Source of the DNA: Torpedo marmorata | Taxonomy: Eukaryota | Direction: 5' to 3' | Length of the DNA: 64,000 nucleotides | NCBI GenBank assembly: GCA_977017645.1 | Contig: OZ360222.1 | Coordinates: 234,174,001 to 234,238,000 of the forward strand | Shown here: one piece after another, positions 24,585-36,743 of the stretch | How positions within the stretch are numbered: position 1 is the stretch's first letter | Layout of the letters: each line of letters begins with the position of its first letter | The notes under the pieces: generated by a model | What the model saw: only the letters and a program-made list of their open reading frames with translations | What the model was told of the DNA's origin: nothing | Databases searched by the model: none | Position numbers and translations under genes: made by a program

Positions 24585-25242
24585 TGTTGTGTTGGGAAGA
24601 GTATCAGGTTCGGTGGGTTGACAGAGAGATGAGTCTGAACACAAGTGTTACAATCACACGTAACTTTTATTAACACTCGTGAAACAAACAGGGGAGAACG
24701 TTAAACGGTACTCGATTACTATTTCACTTAAGCGACGATATAGACATTCACCTCAGACTTCGGTTGGACTCCGACAACGGTAAACCTACACTCGACCCGC
24801 TCACACACTACAAACAGGGACTATTACACACACACCCGGTTCCCTGACCAATGGGGTTGTGGCTCCCTGCAAGTATTGATCTATCGCAATACTACGGCTC
24901 AGCTTCAGTGTAGTGCACACCTTACCCGCGACACTTCCAGCGATGTCCACAGTAGCGACCTGGCGTGAAGCGATGTCCGGGGCTTGGACCACGAGGCGGA
25001 GAGAAAGAATGTGCTATGCATCAATGTTTTATACAGTTCTGATCTGGGCATCTAGCCAATAATGACCCTAGGTGATTTAAATTAGGCAATGGCAAGGTGT
25101 GCACTAATGGGTGGCCGGAGTCCAACCTTGATTGACAGGTGATGTGACTTCCGAATAAGTTTCAGACGGGGAGGATACGTGACCACCTGCAATAAACACA
25201 TTCCAGACAGGCAGGGAGGCCACGTTTCCTCCACACACAACA
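24585..25242 (-). repeat. 5' LTR (658 bp)
   Basis: TG...CA termini, near-identical to 20964-21618, - strand TATAAA and AATAAA, adjacent to the PBS. Confidence 0.92.
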
Positions 25243-25429
25243 GTGGGGCCTTGTCTGTTAATGGCTGTCATAATTGCAATTTTGGAGAGGCAGTGAACTG
25301 TAACTAAAGAACATGGTCCATCGTAGGGAATGTTGGATGAATTAAGATTAATGACTGTAGAAATGAAAATAACATTATGCCTTGGATACAAATAGGTTCC
25401 CCATTTTTTTCTTTTTTGAGCCAGTTAAG

Positions 25430-27225
25430 ACCATAAGTCCATAAGATATTGGAGCAGAAGTAGGTCATTCAGCCCATTGAGTCCGCTCCGCCATTCCATC
25501 ATGTGCTGATCCATTCTCCCACTCAACCCCACTGCCCTGACTTCTCTCCATAACCTTTGATACCCTGACTATTCGGATGTCTATCAATCTCTGCCTTAAA
25601 TACACCCAACAACTTGGCCTCTTCAGCTGCCTGTGGTAGCGAATTCCAGAGATTCACCACTCTCTGGCTAAAGAAATTCCTCTGCATCTCTGTTTTAAAT
25701 GGGTGCCCTTCAATCCTGAGATTGTGCCCTAATGTCCTGGACTCCCCTACCATTGGAAACAAGTTTGCCACATCTACTCTGTCCAGACCTTTCAAAAATC
25801 GAAATACTTCCATGAGCCCCTCCCCCATTCTTCTAAACTTCAAGGAGTGCAGTCTAAGAGCTGTCAAATGTTCCTCATATGCTAATTCTTTTATTCCAGT
25901 AATCATTCTTGTGAATCTTCTCTGAACCCTCTCTAAAGTCAGCACATTCATTCTTAAATAAGGAGCCCAAAACTATACCCTGTACTCCAAGTGAGGCCTC
26001 ACCAGTGCCTTAACATCACATCCCTGCACATCCTCTAGATATGAATGCAACATTGCATTCACCTTCTTCACCATTAGGCCTTTTCACACCGCCGAGTTCA
26101 TGTGGGCAGACCGTCCAATTTCCCGGGAACTTACCTGTAAAATGTCCAGTCTAAAAAGGCCCAACCTGGCATGGCAGGTCAAAATCGACCAGGCTCCGAG
26201 ACCTAGTCGGGGGGTACTCTCGGAGCCCGGACGAGTTAACCCGGCAGCCGTCCTCTGGCGGTCTGAAAAAGCAAATGGCTCACCCAGTAATATTATTGAC
26301 GTCAGCGCCTGCGTGCTTGCGTCACATAAAACCTATAAAAATAGAAATAAGAGATACAACAATATAAATGTTACTTTAATGATGGCAAAGGGACCTAAGC
26401 CACAATATTAAAAGTATTTTAAAATTGAAACATTTGTAGCTTACCGAGATCAAAAAACAACAGGTCTGCTCAGGGCAGCGGCGGCAGCGGCTCAATGTGG
26501 GATCAATGGCCGTCTTCGTTACCCATAATCCCCCACGCAGCTGGAACCGCTCTGCGTTTCCCTGGCGCTGGCAAAGTGGCAGAGCGGTTCCAGCTGCGTG
26601 GGGGATTATAGATAACGAAGACGGCCATTGATCCCGCATTGAGCCGCCGCCCTGAGCGGGCCCGTTGTTTTTTGAAACATTTCCTGTGAGTGCGTAACGC
26701 GTCACTCGCACCGTCGTTGTTGGAGGCGGGACCGCCCTTAAATTGCCTGGTTGCTACTTCTACAGGTAAGTTAGGCTGCAGTCTGAAAGAACGCGGAGGT
26801 CCAGGCTTCGCTGGAACTTTTCCCGGGACACAAGATGTCGGCGGTCTGAAAACGCCTACTGACTCAACCTGGAGGTTAAGCTTTAGGGTATCCTGCATGA
26901 GGACAACCCAAGTCCCTTTGCATCTCCGAATTTTGAATTTTCTCCCCATCCAAATAATAGTTGTCCTTTTATTCCTTCTACCAAAATACATGACCATACA
27001 CTTTCTGTTTCCTCCTCACTACCTGCCCCTCCACCTATCTTTGTATCATCTGCAAACTTAGCACAAGGCCATTTATTCTGAAATCCAAATCATTAACATA
27101 CAATGTAAAATGAAGTGGCCCCAACAACGACCCCTGCGGAACACCACTGGTAACCGGTAGCCAACCAGAATAGGATAACTTTATTCCCACTCTGTTTCCT
27201 GCCGATCAGCCAATGCCGATCAGAT
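25430..27225 (-). mobile_element. CR1-type LINE 3' portion, interrupted at 26076-26857
   Basis: ORF 25523-25951 (LERVQRRFTRMI...FFSQRVVNLWNSLP) and an RT trace [10 protein letters not shown] near 27115-27145. (CTTATGG)-type tail at about 25430. Confidence 0.9.
26076..26857. mobile_element. Non-autonomous PIF/Harbinger-like DNA transposon (782 bp) nested in CR1
   Basis: TIRs AGGCCTTTTCACACCGCCGA and TCGGCGGTCTGAAAACGCCT. 3-bp flanks ATT/ACT restore the CR1 sequence. Repeated subterminal GTCTGAAA motif. Confidence 0.75.
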
Positions 27226-27733
27226 AATGCTCTACCAATGATCTGGTATCAATGGACATTACTTGTCAATATTTAAAGGTGTCAGCCAGTTTGGAATTGG
27301 AAAAGTGTTCTTGGGCAGAATGTTTTTATTATCTGAAACACACTCAATTTAATTATAAGAATAAGTGAAAGTTTCACAGTTATTGCAATTATTGAACACT
27401 TTGTTTTTTTATATTCTCAATGGAGGTTTTGCATAATAAGATTAGGATAAACTTTTGCTTGTATTCCCTGACACCATACTGAAATATGATGAGGTATAAA
27501 GCACATGCAGAATAAGAATCCCTCAACTTCGGAGGGATTTATTTTATAAGTGGCTTGCTTTCAGCTTGGCCTTACTGCAAGGGTCATTGCTCAGGGATGT
27601 GCCTAATGGGGACTAGCTGATTCTGGGCCCCACTATTTTCTAAGCATTGAATGAGTGCTTCCACCAGATCACAGATGGTTTACACCTGGCAACGTATCCC
27701 ACATTGTGCCTAAACTATTCTGATGCCCTAAAC

Positions 27734-28094
27734 CAGTGGTTTTCAAACTTTTTCTTTCCACTCACATACCACCTTAAGTAATCCCTATGCCATTGGTGCT
27801 CTGTGATTAGTAAGGGATTACTTAAGGTGGTATGTGAGTGGGGAAAAAAGGTTGAGAACCACTGCTCTAGACCCAATTGTTACTGAAATATTTTACTTGA
27901 GAAAAATTGTCATTGGCCCATTTCCTTTGGAGTTATGAGACCGTGCACAGAACGAGTCAATTAGGTACGATTAAAACAGTGGTTTTCAAACTTTTTCTTT
28001 CTACTCACATACCACCTTAAGTAATCCCTTACTAATCACAGAGGGATTACTTAAGGTGGTATGTGAGTGGAAAGAAAACGTTTGAAAACCACTG
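27734..28094. mobile_element. Composite hAT (Charlie-type) MITE, copy 1
   Basis: CAGTGGTTTTCAAAC TIRs, 8-bp TSD CCCTAAAC/CCGTAAAC, two palindromic units separated by a spacer of about 110 bp. Confidence 0.85.
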
Positions 28095-28267
28095 CCGTAA
28101 ACCAATGCCTGCCTTTGAACTAGAAGTCCTATGGTGCCAGAGCCCTCCACCACCTGCCAAGTTGTTGCATAGACCCAAGGTCAGGAGGTTGCCATGTACT
28201 GTATCACCATTTTAAAAGCCCTTGGATGAGCCACCTACCATCTCTCCCATTCTTCAGCCACAGCATC

Positions 28268-28640
28268 GTGTTCAAGTTTATTGTCACATGTACCAAGATT
28301 TTGTGAGCAGTCCACCTAGATATCTCATAAGTAGTAAAACATGTAAGACCCAGAGTACAGGAGTGCAGAGCTGGAGAGAGATCAGATGTTACAGAGCAAA
28401 GGCAACATAAATTTACTATTCTGAGGTTCATTCAGGAGTCTGATAACAGCGGGAAAAAAGCTGCTCTTGAATCTGTTGGAGCATGTCTCAGACTCGTGAA
28501 TTTTCTTCGTGATGTGAGGGCTGGTGGCGAGGGTGGGGGGGGGGGTGTGGGTGAAGAGAGTGTGGTTGGGATGGAATGAGTCTTTTAATATGTTGGTTGC
28601 TTTTCCAAGGCAGCAGGAGTTATAGATGGAGCATTTGATT
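28268..28640 (-). mobile_element. Degraded LINE 3' fragment (Rex/L2-like)
   Basis: TTCAAGTTTATTGTCA head and GAGTCTGATAACAGCGGGAAAAAAGCTG...TGAATCTG motif similar to 39558-39995. Confidence 0.45.
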
Positions 28641-29680
28641 ATCGGGGCTTTTACCAGAGAGATTATGAGTGCAAAGCAGCATAATGATCACACTTTTTAA
28701 TCCTTGTATGCAGGAACAATTTCCAGTGAAAGCTGGTGAGTCTGCATTGTTTATTGATATGAAAATCAATCCTGATCTTTGGGTGGATACAGTGTATCTG
28801 AGGGAGAGATGTTGGAATTGACTGGTATGGTTCAGTTGTAGTGCACCGTTCAGTAAGCTGCCAATGAAGAGATCTGAATGTGGTTTAATGTTGGACCTCC
28901 ATATCGTTGCCATCCCTCCATCATCTGTGTCACCATACTGAAGGTCTTGGTGCATTGGTGGCTGCAAACCATCGTTGCACAGTAGGCTGTGCAGCGCAGG
29001 GCGATGCATTGACATACGGGATACTCATTGATGGTCTCCCCATACCTACCTGCATTTACACTGGCCTGGTTATTTAATTACCATGTTCTGTGCAGAATCA
29101 TAACTGGGGGTTTAAATAAATAACTAAAGACTAGAATTCTGTATTTTGCAGTGAAATATCTTTACTTGAGGTTAAGAGATTACAAATAATAATGTGACAG
29201 CTGACACTATAGTTCTCTTCCCATTCTCTCCATTCCTCTGTACTACAAACTGAGCTCTGGGTATGTAGACTGACCATGTTGCTCTTGCGGGAGAACCCTT
29301 ACTTCTATGGTAAAATCTAGCTAGCTACTAACTATTGAAATTATGCTTTGTTTTTAATCTAATACTAATCTCAGTGAGATATGAGATGGGAAACCAGATT
29401 CAGTGGAATTGCATATTCACAGTATAGTTACTTCTCAGGTGAGAAAATATAGACTTAAAACCTTCTCTACCTGCACGCTGTTATTGAAAGCAGTCAACCA
29501 CACATTGACAAGAAACACCTGGGGCTTTGAACACCGTTAAAGCATTCTTTTAATGTTTTTTAACTCAATAGCTACTGACTTTGAGCCATCATGTATCTCA
29601 CTCAATGGTGAATGATATGTTTTTTTAGGATTAACAAAGACCATGGGAATGTCAGTGAAGTAAATATGTAGTTAAACTTG

Positions 29681-30314
29681 GGTAAACAAGAAATCTGCAA
29701 ATGCTGGGGCCTAGTGCAGTACACAAAAGTGCTGGAGAAACTCAACAGGCCACGCAGCATCCATAGGAAGCAAAAGGCAATCGACATTTTGGGCCTGAGC
29801 CCTTCTTCAGGAATGCCGAAAATCAGGCAGACACCCGAGTAGGAAGGTGGGAGGGTGAGGGCATAGGGAGGAGCACTGGCTAGCAAGTGATAGGTAGATA
29901 CAGGTGGGAGTGGGAAGAAGAAAAAGGAGCTGACAGGTGATGAGGAAGGACTGAGAAAGATGGCTTTCAGATGAAGGAAGGAAGGGAAGGGGCTTGGGAG
30001 CTGGAGGAAGGGGTTAAAAGGGATGAGGGAAAGTAAGAGACCGGGGGAAGAGGAAATTGGAGGTCGATATTGATGCCATCTGGTTCGAGGCAGAATATAA
30101 GGTGTACTTCCTCAAATTTACAAGAATCCATGGACAGTCATGTCAGTGTGGCAATTGGGTGTGAAATTAAAGTGGTTGGCCACTGGGAAGTCCTTGCTGT
30201 TGCAGCGGACAGAGCAAAGGAGGGCATGTGCCTGATTTTTAGCACACCCGAAGAAGGACTCAGAGCCAAAACGTAAACTGCCTTTTACTTTCCAGCAGTT
30301 TTGTGTACTGTAGT
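29681..30314. mobile_element. Penelope-like element fragment with a partial terminal inversion
   Basis: Homologous to the left arm of the 2488 element (TGCTGGAGAAACTCA, purine tract, TTCCTCAAATTT). About 30225-30312 is an inverted copy of about 29715-29840. Flanked by the 10-bp direct repeat GTTAAACTTG (29671-29680 and 30315-30324). Confidence 0.75.
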
Positions 30315-30874
30315 GTTAAACTTGAACAGCTTTTCCTTCAAGCCCTGGTCCCCTGATCCCCAGCCCCTCTCATTCTATACACACAGTTTGTATTTTTATA
30401 GTCTTCTAGGATATTAAACTGTCAATCTCTGACACTATTAATACAGGTTCAGTTCACCAGTCTTCCTGAGATATGGCGATAGCTCTATCCGCACTGGTGA
30501 AAGAATAAAAATTTACCATTATGTGTATTATCATGCCAGGTGCCAGGTTAGGGAACACAGGTCTTTGTGATGTACTGTTCAGTTATAGTGATGAAGAGGA
30601 AACCACTTGCAACTCATGAGTCTGCGTGGTCAACTAAAGTAGAGCTTAGAGTGATGTGGGTGAAGTAAATGAAACTCTGAAACCTGCAGTCTGTACTACG
30701 CTTCAAACTGCTGCTTCTCTCTGTCCAGGGAAAGTGACAGATAAGTTTTCTCCAGCAAGTATGGCATTGGTCATCCGCTTACTGCAAGTGCAAAAGTGGG
30801 TGATCTCTCTGATACCTTGTGCAGCTGCATGGAAGGAGCTGGAATCAAAGGAATTTCAGGAGCTTAGTACCCAT

Positions 30875-31371
30875 TATAAGAGCCAAAGGCTCGGTTCTTA
30901 CCGTCATCGCGGCGTTCCGATGGTCCCAGTGGGTGTCGGAGGAGTCACGGAGATTAGTAGGCCGTGCTAGGCCTATTGAGTACTCTGCGCATGCGCAGGA
31001 GTGCCGACGGGCGCATGCGCAGTGGGGTATGTGCGGTGGAGCATGCGCGGTGGAGTATGCGTGTGAATCGAAAAGGATGTAATACAAAACATGGCGACGT
31101 AGAGGAGGGTGAGTGAGATCGTCATAGTTTTCATTGACCGTTATAAAGGAACTTTATAAAAAATCACTATTAAGAATCATTATTAAAGAAAGTTATCGTG
31201 GATTGTTCATATTTTGTTAAAGAAGATATTTAAGTTATTGAAGATTGCAACAAGTCATCGTGTGTTAATAAAGCTTTTGAACCTATTGGACTTGTTAGTA
31301 AATTAACTGAAACGTGTCAAGAACAAATGTCTCACCAAGCCTCCAAGTAACTATTTATTGAAGTCACTACA
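30875..31371 (+). mobile_element. Solo LTR (497 bp), CpG-rich
   Basis: 5-bp TSD CCCAT (30870-30874 and 31372-31376), ends TATAAG (likely mutated TGTAAG) and CTACA, AATAAA at 31267-31272. Confidence 0.7.
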
Positions 31372-31493
31372 CCCATGTTTGCAACAAACTACTTTGTGGT
31401 GGTGTCGCAGTAGGTAGAACAATTCTGTGAGCTTCTTTGCAGGGAAACAAGCTTTGAAAGCTTCGTCACATCTTTGAAAGCTACCCTGCACCT

Positions 31494-31672
31494 TTAAACA
31501 AGGGTGTATTTAAGGCAGAGATTGATAGGTTCTTGATTAGCCAGGGCATCAAAGGTTATGGGAGAAGGCCAGGCAGTGGGGCTGAGTGGGAAAATGGATC
31601 AGCTCACGATTAAATGGCGAGGCAGATTCGATGGGCTGAATAGCCTATTTATGCTCCTCTGTCTTATGGTCT
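31494..31672 (+). mobile_element. CR1 extreme 3' fragment
   Basis: GVFKAEIDRFLISQGIKGYGEKAG-like end plus 3' UTR, matching the reverse complement of 25430-25610. Confidence 0.8.
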
Positions 31673-31920
31673 TGTACCATGGTGTGTATAGCAGTCTCAG
31701 TCATGACAGTGCAGAGGTATCAAGCAATCATGTAATGCTTCAACATGGAAAAGAAGGGAATAAGAAGTTGAGTCATTTGAAGCTGTTTTCCCACATCATT
31801 CAGCCAACAACCTTGCCTAGACTATCACACTGGACCTCGATAACTGAGAAAAGAAAAATATCCTATTTTGAACACACTGAAGTTGTTTTATCACTGATTC
31901 TTGGTTTGCTTATTCCGCAG

Positions 31921-32098
31921 TAATGAAGGCCATTCCGGGGCCGCACGCTGCCCGCGAGGCAGGTCACGAAGCAGCAATCCTGGAGCTTATTCAAAGAGCA
32001 GCCCCAGGCAGAGGGCCCCCATCAGCAGCAGCTCCCAATCTGGCAAGTCACCATGTAAAAGTCCTCAGAGTAAAAACAGCAAATCAACTGGCAAAATA
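31921..32098 (+). CDS. SRRM4: SRRM4-like coding exon, 178 nt, phase 2/0: (S)NEGHSGAARCPRGRSR...KSTGKI
   Basis: Acceptor ttgcttattccgcag, donor ATA|gtaagt, open S/R-rich frame, phases match both neighbours. Confidence 0.82.
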
Positions 32099-34699
32099 GT
32101 AAGTGTTGAGGCCAATTTCATCTATCGTACTGCAATAAGTCATGGAATTCTAATATTAACCTTTACTTGGGCCTTATAAAATGGTGTCTTTTTAAATAAA
32201 AACTGATGTGCAGAGAGTAGTGTACACAACCAGAATCATATCCCTACCTCATAGCACCATCCCAACGCCAGCTGCAATTAATACTCACTGGTTGGATTCT
32301 GTACTTTGTGGCAATTTCGTAGAATTGTAGAATATCTACAAAACACAAGTAGGTCTTTTGGGCCATCATACCTACGTTGGTCAATAAAGAACCTTGCACT
32401 TTCCAGAACAAGGACCTTATCCCTGCCTGCCACAGCTTTTCAAGTACTGTTCGATGAAGGTTTCTCTCTTCACCACACTCTCAGGCAGTGAATTCCAGAC
32501 ACCCATGCCCCACTGGCCAAAAAACAGTCTTTAATCTCCCCTCTAACTCTTTGACTACTTTAAATCCATGTCCCCTGCTGTTTGACCATCTTGACTAAAG
32601 AGCTGGATGGCCTGATGTTCTCACGTTCCTCCCCTCCTGACGGGAGCTTGGCCATAGGTGCCAACTGCCCTTCAATTTCTTGCTGAAATGAGGCCTCTTT
32701 ACACATGTCAACTTGGCAGGTTATTCAACCATAGAAAGTCTCACAGTCAACATGTTCTGTTGCCAATCGACATCCAAACATAGTGGTGCCTGCGAGTGAT
32801 CAATCAGTCGCAGTAGATACTCAAATTGATCACCTTTTTTCTCATTTCTATGATTTGAACACAACAGTCATGTCCCAGCTAATCAAAGAAAGGGAATTAA
32901 ATCTTTCTGTCTTGTAAGGGTCAGTACTATGGCCTGGTTATCTGACCTAAAGCCTGATCATACTATGTGTGTTGTGTTAGATGTATGCTCTGTCAAAACA
33001 TCACACTGACTTATTTCATTTTTCTTCCATCACGGTTTTCTGAGAAATTTGTCTTCAGGTAGATGGTGTTAAACACGCAATATACTGTGGGATCTGTGCT
33101 TAATGTTTCACTTCTGAAATTCAGCTCCTGTGAAGTCAGTGGAACTGAATTTCAAAAGAGGAGTAGAGGAAGTCGATATTTTTCTATTGTGAAATTAGGG
33201 ACAAACTTCCAGATATCATCTCTAGGTCAAGGATCCAGAAGTGCGTTAGATTTTAGATTCCCAAAGGGCCTTTGTACAGGTCTGAGTTTGATGTCTCGTA
33301 ATATACTGACCCACACCAATTATCCACAATGAAGCCACAGCAACGATGAGTTTGGTGATCCCACATTTGACCCAACTGTCACTACACTCCACAAAGGACA
33401 GGTACATTTTGAAAGCTCCACAACTGTTCACTGCCACATTATGCAACTTCAGTGGGCATATCTCAAAGATAACACGACATTGATTTTCTTGATGGATAAT
33501 GATATAGTCAACAAAGAAGAATGTCAGGCTGAGGCTATAAGATGTATTGCTAACTTCCGTCACCAATGCACTTATACATAAGTCAAACTCTTTTCAGCTT
33601 CACTGAGAATAGTTTTGTGGCATGGCACAGTCAATGTTTGTTATCTAAATTATTCTGAAAGTGTTGTCAATTTTAATACATCACCATAATTTGTTTTTAT
33701 ATTTTGGCTTTATGCAATTCTTTGCAGAAAAATCATTAAATCAGTGACTTAAAATTTGTGACTGTTGACAGACACTTTTTGTCATGTGCTCTATCTTTAA
33801 AATTCAATTGCAGAATTTTCAAACATAACAATGTTGAACTTTCTTAGTGCAGTATCTTAGTTCTATATTCAACATAAATTCCTACAAAACTTCACCAAGT
33901 TGTATCCAATGAGTTTTAAATGAGATCTACATTTGAGGAGTAAGAGGTTAACATTGGTTCTGGAGAGTGAGAGATGGAGAGAAAGAGCAGAAGGGGAGGG
34001 GGAGAGGGGAGGGGGAGAGGGATATCATGTTTTTTTTATAGCTATGTGATGTCAAAATGACACGATGATGCTTTTCAGTACAATTGTACAGTTTTACATT
34101 TCGTTCAACAAAATAATAGTTTGCCAAATTATTTCTGTGGAGATGGTTCCCTTGAAAGTAGAGAGAAATGTAGTAAGTTGGCAGCAGGCGTGGGTATGCT
34201 CACAATTTCTATGACATCTATGTTTCTGAAACCAAGGGACTGATCTATGGCAGGTAGGTTTGACTGAGAATAGACAAGACACAATGCATCATTGGCAATT
34301 TTCTTTCACAAAAACTGGATTCTCAGATCAAGTTCAAATCAAATCTTGAACTTTCCATTTGTCCAAATCAATCATTGGAGATCTTTAATCTCAGTTTTGG
34401 AAATCTTCCCAGAAATAGAAGAATTATGGTGATCTGTTGCCGGTGATCATCAATGCGCAGAAACACTTTAACAGCATGGCCCACTTGCAGAGACAAAACT
34501 CATTGAGAATGTATACAACCAGAAGCACTGTATGAATAATTGTTTAGTCTGCATTAATACTGATTATGTTGTTTGTTAGCATAATTCAACATTGCAAGGA
34601 AATGTAACGATCTAGAGACAAATGAGAAAGCTTGTTGTGGCATAGGAGGTATCAACTTCTGCGAGAGCTGCTGAGTTCCTCCAGCATTTTTGTGATTTT

Positions 34700-35010
34700 A
34701 GCTGAGAGATTGTCTGACTAGCAGACTAGGCATAGATGGGTGTGGTTCTGGTTGGCAAGTGGTGTGCCATTGGATTCACTGGTGAGTTCTCAGCCATTTA
34801 CAAATGACTTGGATAGGCAAACAAAGATGCGGTTGCTAAATTCTCTAATATCACAAAGATAGGTAGGAACATGAGCTGTAAAGATGGCATAAGAAAACTA
34901 CGAAGGGGTACAGATGGATTAAATGAGTGGGCCAAGATCTGGTCATTAGAGTACAATAGAGGAAAATGTGAAATTATTCATGTTGGCAATATTGAATAGA
35001 TCTAAAGTAC
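34700..35010 (+). mobile_element. Degraded CR1 RT fragment
   Basis: Traces of SGVP.G, KF..DTK.G, LNEWAK.W..EYN..KCE..H in eroded frames. Confidence 0.5.
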
Positions 35011-35599
35011 AGTTGAAAGAGTATTCAAAAATGTTAAATAATGACTATATATGTGTATGTTTTCAGCATTCTAATTACTTCCAAAACTTCTGCCTCCAAC
35101 TTTTGTATGTATTTCACAGAGTACCTAGTCAGAAATTACCTACCGGTAGTTCTACGAATCAGAACCAAAAATTTGCGCAGCTGTTGATCAGCTACTAAAG
35201 AAGTGCCCACGCATCCAGTTTGGCTTCAAATTTACTTTGTACTTAAATTTTATAAAGCCCTAATACAATTTGTGCTAATGAAAGGTGACAATATATATTC
35301 AGAAGATGAGCCTACTTTTATCCTCAATTCTGCTAGGCCCTTGATGGTTGCAAATGTAAAAGAGATTTAGACTACTCAAACTAAAATTGGGTTGAATCAG
35401 TGAAAGACATGCCATTTGGTTCAAACGTGTAAATGGAACACTGAGATGACAAACTGATGTTATGTTATGACAGGGGATTATGGGTCTCCTGCTAGGAGAT
35501 AAATGAGCAGCATTGATGCTGCCCATATCCTGAAACTATCATCATAGAAGAGACATCTGAAAGAAAATGGGAGAATCTCAATCTTAATGTTAACCAACA

Positions 35600-35785
35600 A
35601 CCCTGCAGATGCTGGAAACCTGATGTAAAATCAGAAAGTACAGGAAACAGTTAATGTTTCCATTCGAGACCCTTTGCGAGGACTGCCGACGACTGTCCCT
35701 AGCGAGATGACTTGGTTTTGAAACATTTATTGTTTCTCAGTCCACAGATGCTCCCTGGATATTTCCAGCATTTTCTGTTTCTCAT
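35600..35785. repeat. Old palindromic Penelope-derived miniature element
   Basis: TGCAGATGCTGGAAA...ACAGTTAATGTTTC on the left mirrors GAAACATTTATTGT...TTTCCAGCATTTTCTG on the right. Confidence 0.45.
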
Positions 35786-36743
35786 TCCTAATGGGACACC
35801 CTCATCATGAAAACGTGTTTGGCAAACGTACCTTACTGTGATAAATGATACTGAAATTCAACATTGTGTCATCTTTGTGTGAGATCATGTGTTATATCCA
35901 ACTATGTTCTGAAGCTTACCCTGCCCATAAGTCGATCATGAAGAGGAAGGCATGCTGATTGAGGAACCTAGTATCAGATAGCCTAAAGCTATCAATTTCC
36001 CTTATCATTCAGCTGGTAAATTCAGTTAAATCATTCACTTCCCAATTAATGATGAGTGAGCTGACCTTAGCTAGGCTGGCAACTAGTTTGATGGTGAACA
36101 GGGTAGCTGGTTACAATCAGGTAATTCTGATGTGGACATAACAACAGTACATACACATATCCCCAATTCTATGCTCTAATATTTTCCACTGAAGTCTTTG
36201 CGCCACAGTAATACTGGTGCTGTAATGAAATTGTCCTGTCATTAATCACTTTGCACAGCTCATTAAATATACATCACTATTCTGGAGGTTAATCTAACAT
36301 TATCATGTAAAACCAGTGGTTAAATGCTTATGACACCATACCAAGATTACATCTAACAGAAACCGGCAGTGTAATTTTATTTCTTTCCATTCCTTTACTT
36401 CAGTATATAATACAAGTCTCATTTAAGTGAATTGCTTTCGTTGCTTTAGCATTTGAAATATGGGGTCTAATCAGAGCTTGTTGTAAAAGTGAATGAAGGA
36501 GAAAGCCTCTTCGTTCCCATTATGCTGTGTCAGTGAGTTCTTAGAACCCAGCTTCTCTGTCCCATTGGAATATCAATTGCTAACGTTATCACTCAGAATG
36601 TTGTCAGCTTTTTGATTTTGTTTTATAGACTATTGATGATCATTTAAATTTATAAGATAATAACCAAAAATTGCTACAGCAAAGGTCATATTTCTATTGA
36701 AGGTTTTCTTAGACAAATACAATGTAAGCTATAAGGTCTAAAG

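Larger units (their letters stand above)
20964..25242 (-). mobile_element. Non-autonomous endogenous retrovirus-like provirus (two LTRs, gag remnant, no pol detected), class III-like
   Basis: LTRs at 20964-21618 and 24585-25242. TSD GTGGG (20959-20963 and 25243-25247). PBS TGGCGCTGCGAGCAGGGTTC (- strand, 24563-24582). PPT GAGGGGTGGAA (- strand, 21619-21629). Confidence 0.92.

Noticed and set aside
27734-28094. CRISPR-like repeat-spacer array
   Set aside because: Eukaryotic context, repeats are MITE TIRs with 8-bp TSDs, and there are no cas genes.
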